Shown here in pieces: positions 25,226 through 35,402 of a stretch of 64,000 bases of DNA. The stretch comes from Octopus bimaculoides. Its lineage: Eukaryota. The DNA lies in NCBI RefSeq assembly GCF_001194135.2, contig NC_068982.1:1892481-1956480 (forward strand). Reading direction: 5' to 3'. A program made the translations under genes and the position numbers. The notes under the pieces are model-generated. The model searched no databases, had not been told where the DNA came from, and was given only the letters and a program-made list of their open reading frames with translations. Numbering within the stretch: position 1 is the stretch's first letter; each line of letters opens with the position of its first letter.

Positions 25226-25230
<5 letters not shown>
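25030..25230 (+). mobile_element. short PLE-associated element with variant hammerhead; related copy at 34440-34620
   Basis: Shared tttctgttgaagag..taggctcgaaacg..aaagactttc...actaata with 34500-34580. Confidence 0.7.
25101..25137 (+). ncRNA. minimal hammerhead-like motif with variant core CUGUUGA
   Basis: TCTTT-CTGTTGA-A-GAG-CGTAG-CTC-GAA-ACGT-C-AAAGA: 5-bp stem I, 3-bp stem II, loopless palindromic ACGT stem III, GUC triplet. Confidence 0.55.
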
Positions 25231-25286
<56 letters not shown>

Positions 25287-25476
25287 GATATTAATGGTTA
25301 TACTAATATCAGTGGCTTAGCATGCATAAAAAATCCCATAACGGAAAAAATTATCAATTAATAATTAAGGGTAGTAACAAACATGTGGTTTGGTCATTTT
25401 GGCTGCTATATTTCGCATGCCGGTATTGTTTGTTAGTATCATTAATTATTAATATATATACATATATATATATGCA

Positions 25477-25900
25477 GCATTCAAACGATGCTTGTACAAC
25501 CACAGGTCCTCTTTGAGGATTCGTTACATCCTTGGCCAGCCACGTGTGGGGCCTCAAAAATGAAAGGACTCCATACGATACCAAGTGGAGGATCTCAGAG
25601 ACGCCGGCATCCTACACTATTGCAAGCTTTGTATAGCCGAACAAGCAAGGATTCTCAAAATCTTTCTGAAACCTGGATCATTGAATACACGCTAGGAAAC
25701 TTACGTTCGTTGCATCAACTCGAAACGCTACCTGCTGCAAGCATGGGATTCCCCTTTCAGCGATTGGACACGTAAGGGTCCTTACGATAGAAAAGCAGCC
25801 CAAGGGAAAAATCCCCTGTTGCTCTTTTCGCCCACAAGAAATTGGAGGAGAGGAGATAACCCGTCCTCAATAACCCCCGGACTATTTATTCTTTGGTGAT
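25477..25900 (+). mobile_element. Penelope-like element ORF fragment (GIY-YIG endonuclease C-terminal region), frameshifted
   Basis: Across 2 frameshifts: AFKRCLYNHRSSLR / LASHVWGLKNERTPYDTKWRI..TPASYTIAS / LCIAEQARIL..SLNTR*E..RCINSKRYLL, matching the FKxRYxNHxxSF..LSKxxWxLK..YxIxWxI..CxLCLxEK..LNKRxE..C pattern of PLE endonucleases. Confidence 0.8.
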
Positions 25901-25924
25901 TTACTGACCAAATGGCCGTAAATA

Positions 25925-25960
<36 letters not shown>

Positions 25961-27200
25961 ATATACATATATATATANNNNNNNNNNNNNNNNNNNNNNN
26001 NNNNNNNNNNNNNNNNNNNNNNNNNNNNNNNNNNNNNNNNNNNNNNNNNNNNNNNNNNNNNNNNNNNNNNNNNNNNNNNNNNNNNNNNNNNNNNNNNNNN
26101 NNNNNNNNNNNNNNNNNNNNNNNNNNNNNNNNNNNNNNNNNNNNNNNNNNNNNNNNNNNNNNNNNNNNNNNNNNNNNNNNNNNNNNNNNNNNNNNNNNNN
26201 NNNNNNNNNNNNNNNNNNNNNNNNNNNNNNNNNNNNNNNNNNNNNNNNNNNNNNNNNNNNNNNNNNNNNNNNNNNNNNNNNNNNNNNNNNNNNNNNNNNN
26301 NNNNNNNNNNNNNNNNNNNNNNNNNNNNNNNNNNNNNNNNNNNNNNNNNNNNNNNNNNNNNNNNNNNNNNNNNNNNNNNNNNNNNNNNNNNNNNNNNNNN
26401 NNNNNNNNNNNNNNNNNNNNNNNNNNNNNNNNNNNNNNNNNNNNNNNNNNNNNNNNNNNNNNNNNNNNNNNNNNNNNNNNNNNNNNNNNNNNNNNNNNNN
26501 NNNNNNNNNNNNNNNNNNNNNNNNNNNNNNNNNNNNNNNNNNNNNNNNNNNNNNNNNNNNNNNNNNNNNNNNNNNNNNNNNNNNNNNNNNNNNNNNNNNN
26601 NNNNNNNNNNNNNNNNNNNNNNNNNNNNNNNNNNNNNNNNNNNNNNNNNNNNNNNNNNNNNNNNNNNNNNNNNNNNNNNNNNNNNNNNNNNNNNNNNNNN
26701 NNNNNNNNNNNNNNNNNNNNNNNNNNNNNNNNNNNNNNNNNNNNNNNNNNNNNNNNNNNNNNNNNNNNNNNNNNNNNNNNNNNNNNNNNNNNNNNNNNNN
26801 NNNNNNNNNNNNNNNNNNNNNNNNNNNNNNNNNNNNNNNNNNNNNNNNNNNNNNNNNNNNNNNNNNNNNNNNNNNNTCTATCTATCTATCTATCTATCTA
26901 TGTATCTGTCTATCTATCTATCTGTCTATCTATCTGTCTATCTATCTGTCTATCTATCTATCTGTCTATCTATCTGTCTATCTGTCTATCTATCTCTCTA
27001 TCTGTCTGTCTATCTATCTGTCTGTCTATCTCTCTATCTGTCTATCTATCTGTCTATCTATCTGTCTATCTGTCTGTCTATCTATCTGTCTGTCTATCTA
27101 TCTATTGTCTATCTGTCTCTATGTGTCTATTTATCCATCTACCTACCTACCTACCTACCTACCTACCTACCTACCTACCTACTCCTATATATATATATGT
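25925..27200. repeat. large (TATC)/(TGTC)/(TACC) tetranucleotide array spanning a ~900-N gap
   Basis: Directly visible; explains the 436-aa ORF. Confidence 0.95.
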
Positions 27201-27237
27201 ATATATACACACACACATATAAATATGTATGTATACG

Positions 27238-27555
27238 TCTCCTGTCCAATTCAGGATCACAACGCATAAATACACTGTAACATAATTTCTTTTCCTCAAC
27301 AGACACTGCCCTATTTAACAGTCCCGAAACAGATCAAAGAGGAAAAGGATCCCATCACCTTTAAACGGAATCTGGACAAATTTATTCAAGGAATACCAGA
27401 TAAGCCGCCTATACCTGGATACAACTCACTCAACAAAGAGCTCCCTACTCGAATGGATCATGATACCACGAAACTTAAGAATGATTTAGATAATCCTATC
27501 AGGTGGTGCTATTAAGTTACACATGGCCTGGACCAATCTTTGGTCGTAACATATT
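27238..27555 (+). mobile_element. CR1-group LINE extreme 3' end
   Basis: DPITFKRNLDKFIQGIPDKPPIPGY-like frame and 3'UTR aggtggtgctattaagttacacatggcctgg homologous to the reverse complement of 16530-16590. Confidence 0.85.
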
Positions 27556-27645
27556 TAAGTTATCTATGAGTGCGTGTGTTACATAAAATGAGACAACAAT
27601 GCAAGGCTGTGAGGAATTTTCAGGACATTTATAAAGAGGAAGTTA

Positions 27646-27692
27646 GTATTACAGCTGTTTCTGGGATATTAGAGATATCCCCTCATCAGAGA

Positions 27693-27693
<1 letters not shown>
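27646..27693 (-). ncRNA. minimal type I hammerhead motif
   Basis: GTCT-CTGATGA-G-GGGATAT-CTCTA-ATATCCC-A-GAA-ACAGCTGT-A-ATAC: intact core, 7-bp stem II, perfect 8-nt palindromic stem III, GUA triplet; one stem I mismatch. Confidence 0.7.
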
Positions 27694-27737
<44 letters not shown>

Positions 27738-29970
27738 GTAGATTTATAGAGAGAAAGAGACAGATAGATATATAGAGATATATGTATGTATGGAGATTTA
27801 TGCATGCGTGTGCATATGTGACATAGCTTGACGTTGTTCCCTTGTTTACATCTTGTAACGTAGGAGACCGAGAGAAGAAACACTATTCTCGCGACAAGTG
27901 CTGACGTCGATTTAATTGAATCAACCCTTCCAATTTTACCCCAGTTTTACCTCAGTCTATTTCCAATGACTGATTTAAGCAAAAGAATAAAACATTTTTC
28001 AGAATTTATTTACGGCTTGACATTTGGAAAGAAGGAACGCTTGATTAAATCAATCGTATAATCGCGAGAAATAGTGCGTGTGGAAGTCAATCCTATCAGG
28101 ATTTGAAGTCTAACTAAATAATTTTATATTCTTTTGACTAACGTTGCACGGACTCTTCCAAACATCGTCTCTGTCAATAAAACTAATAATAACAGTAATT
28201 TCTCCGTCAAACACAGAGACATTTTTTTAAAATATAGGAACAGTGGACTACTTTGACTCAAATTCTTGATTAGAAATTCATCAACTCCCACATGATTTGA
28301 AACAAAATTGTTTTCAACAGGATTTTGAAATCAAAATGGGAAGTATCTTCATGAAATACCACAAGGCGCTATGTCAAACGTTCTAATGTTTGTGCTGACA
28401 ACTATAATGCGAATGTATATAGTTTGGAATATGAAACATAAAAAAGAAAGCGTAAACCTTTGAATGCTTCCATGTTTTCTATCATCTAGTTACCTACATT
28501 ACTCTGAATATCTACAAAAGTATTATTTTCCGACCGTTAACCTCATGTTTAGCGATGGACATCTTTATCTTATTTCAATCGTTCTCATTTCAGATTCCAT
28601 AAGGCTTCTTTTCCTTGAATATGAAAGTTATCGAAGTTTTATCGAACTACTTTCATAAAAATATTCTTAAACATGGTGCCACTAACTCGTATAGATTTAA
28701 TGCTGAATATTCGGTGATTTAAATCTAAAATTCCCTTCAGCTAATTTCAGAACATTCCTTGCAGTATAGTGCAGTTGTAGTGGAATTAGATTCCAGCTCT
28801 ACGTTGTGCCTAGGAAAAAACATCTGATTCAAAGGTGGGTGATACATGGTGAGGTAGAGGATTTTCGCAATAAAAGGAAGTATTTACATCTGACAAGAAG
28901 GCCTGCTTTCGAATCTCACTTTTGGGTTTGATGTTATAGTTGAATGTGTATACACTGGTGGATGCATGAACACTGGTGAATGTATATACCTTGGCAATAT
29001 ATATATGCTAATATCAAACAGTGAGAATGACTAAGAAACAGTGTATTGATATATGGATATTTCTGGGTTAACAAGGCTACCAATGGTTTCCTGTATAAAG
29101 GAATATCTTTCTAATTATCAAGCCTGCGACATGTGAACGTTAGTAGTTGTCTCTATTGAAAGGAGGCGAGTAAAAATATTGCAATGCAGCAGGCGTGAAA
29201 ATTATAAAGAGATCCCTCATTTCATAGGACCATCGGTAGCCATTTTAACCCGCAAATATGTGTGTGTGTGTGGGGGGGGGCGTGTGTCAAAAAAGCAATA
29301 TCAATTCAGAGCTGCTGGACCAAGTTCAGTTCGAAGTATCAAGAGTATAAAAAGCTACAAAATGAGCCACGCTTTATCGCCATTTTCCACTTCTCTATCG
29401 TATGATCTCAAGTCACTACACTCCGAATATAGTAGAAAGGGAAAACAGAACCAATTGATGGATGAAAGCCACAGCGCGGGATTTTTATATTCATATGCTG
29501 ATTTATATTAAGAAAGAATATTAAGGTGGTAAATAGGTTTTCTGGAATTGGATTTTTTTTTTGAAAGAATTCTTTTCAAGTGGAAGTAAACACACAAGTT
29601 TTGCGATCCTCGAGTGTTGGACATTACATTGTCATTCACTGTTTCTGTCATTGTTTAGGCTCAGAGTTATTTTCTTTGTCGGTTACACAAGAATATTTTT
29701 TAACATTTCTGAAGTCGTGTTCGTGACAAAATATTTTTAAATGATTTCGCGTTGTTCATTACTGTTATTGTACAGACATGTATGTACACGTATATGTATA
29801 CGTGTGTGTGTGTGTGTCTGTGTATGTGTGTGTATATATAAGAATGCGTATATACTATATTCATACACACGTTTATATATATATATATATAGATATATAT
29901 ATATATGTACGTGCGTGTATTTGTGTGTGTGTATATATATCAGTGTACGTATATATTATGTTCATATACA

Positions 29971-30002
<32 letters not shown>

Positions 30003-30719
30003 CGAATATTTGTGTGTATGTGTATACCCTTATGTATGTGTACATATCTGTATTCCTTTCTGTTTGTGTGTGTGTGTGTGTGCGGGGGGATATCAGCACT
30101 TTTAAGAGTAGAAAATTTTGTGTTAGTGAAATTGACTGGGATATCAAATTGTGGCGTTTATTGCTCAAAGAACGTGTATGTGTGTGTGTGTGTGTGTGTG
30201 AGCGGGAGAGGGAGCTACAGTTAGTATTTCATAGTGGGAGACTTACTTTACCTTGGGTAAATGCGATAAATGGGATTGTCTCAGATCATTAAAACATCTA
30301 CAGCTGTTAATTGCTCACCGTTGTTTAAGATGCATTGCTTAGTGAGGGGCAATAATAATATTGTAGCAATACATATACACTAATATATAGATTGCAATAT
30401 AGCCAGCTTCGAGTGTTAAATATCATTTTAGAAAAACAATAGAAAACAATTAAGAAAAATTTTTCGTCGGCTGGCAAACAAGATGTTACTCATTGCCAAA
30501 TTGCAGAATGATGGACCAAAACATGTGAATGCCAAAAACTTGAGATTTTGAAAAGTATGATAAATAATATATATATATTTCGTATGTGTATTTCGTGTGC
30601 AAGATTCTTGATGTGGATACGTATGTTGAAAGAAATACAATTAAACCTTGGGGGAGGCATTATACCGGTAATAAACACACGCACTGGTTCAGTCCTTTAT
30701 TAATTTATATAGTTTTTTT

Positions 30720-30760
30720 GTTAAATTATTTCATTGCACTCTTGCAATCTCTTCAGTAAC
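30720..30760 (-). ncRNA. hammerhead-like motif next to a gap
   Basis: GTTA-CTGAAGA-G-ATTGCA-AGAG-TGCAAT-GAA-ATAAT-T-TAAC: intact core, 6-bp stem II, 4-bp stem I; marginal stem III and an AUU triplet. Confidence 0.45.
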
Positions 30761-31544
30761 TTGTCTCTCCACTTCCATTTATTTTGAATGTATGATCTGG
30801 CGTTGTTTNNNNNNNNNNNNNNNNNNNNNNNNNNNNNNNNNNNNNNNNNNNNNNNNNNNNNNNNNNNNNNNNNNNNNNNNNNNNNNNNNNNNNNNNNNNN
30901 NNNNNNNNNNNNNNNNNNNNNNNNNNNNNNNNNNNNNNNNNNNNNNNNNNNNNNNNNNNNNNNNNNNNNNNNNNNNNNNNNNNNNNNNNNNNNNNNNNNN
31001 NNNNNNNNNNNNNNNNNNNNNNNNNNNNNNNNNNNNNNNNNNNNNNNNNNNNNNNNNNNNNNNNNNNNNNNNNNNNNNNNNNNNNNNNNNNNNNNNNNNN
31101 NNNNNNNNNNNNNNNNNNNNNNNNNNNNNNNNNNNNNNNNNNNNNNNNNNNNNNNNNNNNNNNNNNNNNNNNNNNNNNNNNNNNNNNNNNNNNNNNNNNN
31201 NNNNNNNNNNNNNNNNNNNNNNNNNNNNNNNNNNNNNNNNNNNNNNNNNNNNNNNNNNNNNNNNNNNNNNNNNNNNNNNNNNNNNNNNNNNNNNNNNNNN
31301 NNNNNNNNNNNNNNNNNNNNNNNNNNNNNNNNNNNNNNNNNNNNNNNNNNNNNNNNNNNNNNNNNNNNNNNNNNNNNNNNNNNNNNNNNNNNNNNNNNTG
31401 GGTACAACACAATAATAATACTACTGTTAACCCAATTGCCACTACGAAGTTGTTCCTGTAATAAATCTACGGATAACAACAGTTAATCGAAACTGTGGCG
31501 GTGCTTTACGCATCATCTATTTATACATTTTGAATAATTTCTCC

Positions 31545-31583
31545 ATATACATACATACATACATACATACATACATACATACA

Positions 31584-31619
<36 letters not shown>

Positions 31620-31626
31620 TATATAT
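31545..31626. repeat. (CATA)n then (TA)n microsatellite
   Basis: Directly visible. Confidence 0.95.
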
Positions 31627-31689
31627 AAAATGCATTTCTCAATCTCTCAGAGAGATTTGTACAGTAGTAACACGATAAAGTAGTTGTGT

Positions 31690-31900
31690 GTTGTCAACTT
31701 AATGTGCCACTCCCATGAAAGGGAATAATACTACTGCTATTTGGCCCTAGAAAGCAGCACCGCTTCCTGTCGGCCTGGACACATTTCCTTTGTCCTTATG
31801 TTTACAAAGGGGGAGGTAAGCACCTCCCCTCAGCAAAGCCAGCATCCGGAGACTAGTTTCAGAGTCATTGCTCATCATCAGTCAGGAGTAGCATGGCTTG
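31690..31900 (-). mobile_element. short non-autonomous PLE-type element with hammerhead and GC hairpin; paralogue of 1430-1660
   Basis: Collinear motifs with 1430-1660; hairpin GGGGAGGT-AAGC-ACCTCCCC at 31810-31829. Confidence 0.55.
31845..31887 (-). ncRNA. minimal type I hammerhead motif, best-preserved copy
   Basis: TCCTGA-CTGATGA-T-GAG-CAATGA-CTC-T-GAA-ACTAGT-C-TCCGGA: intact core, GUC triplet, palindromic ACTAGT stem III, 5 of 6 bp stem I. Confidence 0.72.
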
Positions 31901-33832
31901 CTAGCTGTCGGTGTCTATGTGTCTTTGTAAACATATAATTCTAGTGAAATACATTCACTGATTTCGAAAATAGAAATGGTACATCTGTCTGTCTGTCTGT
32001 CTGTCTGTGTGTTTGTCTATGCGTAAGTGTGTCATTTTCGCTCAACTACTTTTTCAAGTGCAGTTGCTGATATTACTCAAGGAAAACGCTGTAGTGCTAA
32101 TTGTAACAGGCAATTGTGTATGTATGACCAAATGTGTCTTTTTCTGTCCACGTTCTCGTATTTACTTAACTATTTCCATATGATGAATAATTATATGTAT
32201 ATCGCTGTATCATATTTATTATGTATTTCCCTGTTTGTTATTTGCAGTTGATAAACTGAGTCAAAGAAAGAAAAAAAACGGATATTTTGTTATTTAAGGA
32301 GAATATGCATATGTAGATTCAGAATGCACAGCATGTTCGCAGTTATATTCTCTTGCGTACCTGATGGAAGTTGTAATGGTGGGGTTGATACAGTTTCAAG
32401 TGTCGTTTGCGCAAATAGACAATTCATTACACATTTGATTTGTTCATAAAGTAAAATGTGAAATGTTTGATTGCTGAATATCTTTTAGTCAATTTATGCG
32501 TACGATTTAAGAAGAAAGAGAATGGAGGTTCGAACCATACTCACAAGCATGCTCGAACAAAAGGGCACACGCGCGCGCGCATGCAGGCAAAAACAGCTGT
32601 TTGAACCAAATTCTATTTCAGAGGATATTTTTTAGTTTTAGGGAACTTTAATTTCAACTAATTCTAGAAAGTGTTTTTCAAAAGATTCTTTCAGTGAAGG
32701 CGAATCGTCACCAAGTATTTTAAATGCGATTAGCAAATGCTTCATGTATTTCAATTTATTCTATGTCGACCTTTATAAACGGTTGTGAACCCCGTATGAA
32801 GCTCAGTTTCAATGCGATTAAGTGAAAACTACAAGTGATCCAATATTTAACTCAAGGAAATTGTTAATATGATCCAAGCTACTTCAGTCGGTGGCTGAGT
32901 TGAGTTGAGGATAAATTCCACATTCTCACCCATCAATCCCTCCTTTGATTATGTGGTCGAAACATATCTATTGCACGCTGTAGTTATTTCCCAAAATGGT
33001 GGAGTCTAGTGAACGAATTTATTGCTAGCGTTCGGATATATAAACGTAAAAAGTTTACTCATAGAAGCGCGCGCACACGCACACACACACATTTATAGAT
33101 ATTGCATACTTACATACCTTAGACAGAAGAACATCTCCAGCTGCAACCTAAAATCCTCCTCCTTAGATTCTCCATGAACCATTTTTAGCTGTATTCTCCG
33201 AATAATAACGTTGTTACCAAGTGATTGTTTGAAATTAAATGTTTTATAAAATTAAGGCCTTAACTATGGCATCTAATGACAACATAATTAGATTTATTTC
33301 ACAACCTTGACAGTGTAATTAGATTATCAGAGTTCCTGTTTTTCTGTTCCTTGATTTTTTTCTCTAAATGCCTTACCTCCGAGAGATGAATGTAGTTCAT
33401 TTTCAATTTGGTAGAAGTTGAAGATACTGATTTGAAACGAAACATACAGCAGTCAAAAGATGTAGATTGTCGAAATGAGACAATCGAAATGGTTCAAGTG
33501 TATGAACTGTTATCTACAACTATGGCACTTGATCCTCAGCGGTCTACTCCGTCACCTCTATGTGTAGGAAAATGTGTAATTACTGCTTAGTGCTCGATGA
33601 GGAGCTGCACATTAAAAATGACGACCCTTTATTTAGTTTGTAGTATTGAATTTGAATAAATCTAGAATTGAAATGAGGAGTACATTCCTTTTAATAACTC
33701 TATACAAGGGTGAATTAAGATATTTAGTAATACTCAACGGTTTAATCTGACATGAAATTTTCCAACGGTATAATTTATATCTAATTCTTGTTTCCTCTAC
33801 ATTCTGAGTTAAGTTTAAAAATAGCAGCCAAA

Positions 33833-33842
33833 TCTCTCTCCC

Positions 33843-33922
<80 letters not shown>

Positions 33923-33927
33923 CTCTC
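33833..33927. repeat. (CT)n/(GA)n polypyrimidine tract
   Basis: Directly visible. Confidence 0.95.
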
Positions 33928-34507
33928 AAATCACGTTCTACATTCTTATATATTAGGGACTGAATGTATCCGAAAAACGACAAAATGACCGTAGCTCGAA
34001 GAATTTTGGTAATATGTGCTCTGGGTTAGAATGTAAGTGAGGGAAGTTAGCTCTGTGTTACTAGTCTAAATCTTAAGAAATTAACAGAATAATGTTTTAT
34101 ATATATATTCCAACACATCAAAACCCCACCATCGCACTCCCACATACGCCACCCCTACCCTGACATCCTCACCCCAAACCCACTTACCAACACCACACAT
34201 CACCCCCACCCCACATCATCACACCACCCCGTACACACTAGCACTGGCCACATCCCAGCACCCACACCATCATCCACAGACCCACGCATTACAGACGCAC
34301 ACATCCAAACGTCAAGGTCACCAGCCTCTATCCACACACTCTCACATACACACGCACGTGCACCTTCGCTTTGGGATCACCAATACTTTATTATCTCACC
34401 TTCTTCCGAGCTCTCCTGTCCAACCACCTCTGTCCAGTCAGCCGCCACAACTGACCGCTAGCCCCATAGCTTTTTTGTATTCGCTCTCTGTTTATTTTCT
34501 TGTGTTC

Positions 34508-34543
34508 CTTTCTGTTGAAGAGTATAGGCTCGAAACGAAAAAG
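34508..34543 (+). ncRNA. second CUGUUGA-variant hammerhead-like motif, inactivated
   Basis: CTTT-CTGTTGA-A-GAGT-ATAG-GCTC-GAA-ACGA-A-AAAG; U16.1 replaced by A. Confidence 0.45.
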
Positions 34544-34629
34544 ACTTTCTCACCTTCCTTAACGTTAAACTAATACAGCTACCTTAGTCTTTTGTTTTTC
34601 TGTAAATTCCATATATTTTGATTATTATT

Positions 34630-34920
34630 TATTTCTGTGCCCTTCTAAAGCCTAACCAGGCTCATTGGCCCGGTTTCCCGGTTTCTATGGCGTATGTGTT
34701 CCCTCCCCAGCTGGACGGGACGTCAGTCCATCGCAACGTTACTCGAGAAACAGGAAGAAAGAGTGAAAGAAAGTTGGGTCGCCACCACCCCCTGCCGGAG
34801 CCTCGTGGAGCTTTTGGTGTTTTCGCTCAATAAATACTCAGAACGCCCGGTCTGGGAATCGAAACCGCGATCCTCCGACCGCGAGTCTGCTGCCTTAACC
34901 ACTGGGCCATTGCACCTCCA
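34630..34920 (-). mobile_element. full-length tRNA-derived SINE, family D, with V-domain-like core
   Basis: A box TGGCCCAGTGG (34899-34909), B box GGTTTCGATTCC (34855-34866), TGCGATGGACTGACGTCCCGTCCAG (34711-34735) resembling the V-SINE domain, (AAT)n tail. Confidence 0.85.
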
Positions 34921-35174
34921 TAAATTCCACGCACACATTCCAAACATAACAGCATATATAAATCAGTGTAAACCTATTTACTCTGACTAACTTCATCAAA
35001 CCGGACTTGTGGCCACGAAAGTAGAGCAGAGGAATGTATCGAAAAGAATTAGGTAAAAGCGTACCATAATATTTTCAACGGCGCCTGCGTCGGTGATACA
35101 TAGAAACCTCACGTTTCCAATAATGGAATAATGCTGCCTCAGATATGCCGAAGGAAATAATCTATAGTCTAAAG

Positions 35175-35402
35175 CAATGGTTCTCCACCCCGGATCCCAA
35201 GGCCACATGCAGCCCTCAAGCATGTTTCTGAGGCCGTCAAGCGTCTTTCCGTACCCACAGGCATCCTTCTGCGTCCCCCGATACTCGTCTCTCTCTATAT
35301 AATAACTACTTTCTGTAACTGATTTGTGTTTTACGCTTTTGGCTCGGTCTCCTAAAAATAACCAGGATCTGACCTAGACATTGAAAAGTCTGAGAAGCAC
35401 TG
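35175..35402. mobile_element. hAT (Charlie-like) MITE, 228 bp
   Basis: TIRs caatggttctcca / tgagaagcactg; internal ggccacatgcagccctc; degenerate 8-bp flanks gtctaaag / gtccaacc. Confidence 0.7.

Noticed and set aside
25912-27222. 436-aa ORF and all other long ORFs containing X runs (e.g. 30721-31479, 49855-50700, 59942-61012)
   Set aside because: They are open only because N-runs and microsatellites contain no stop codons; not evidence of coding.
34840-34920. tRNA-like sequences here and at 23320-23395, 15589-15680 and 48880-48958
   Set aside because: They are SINE heads continuing into SINE bodies, with no complete cloverleaf or acceptor stem; not called as tRNA genes.
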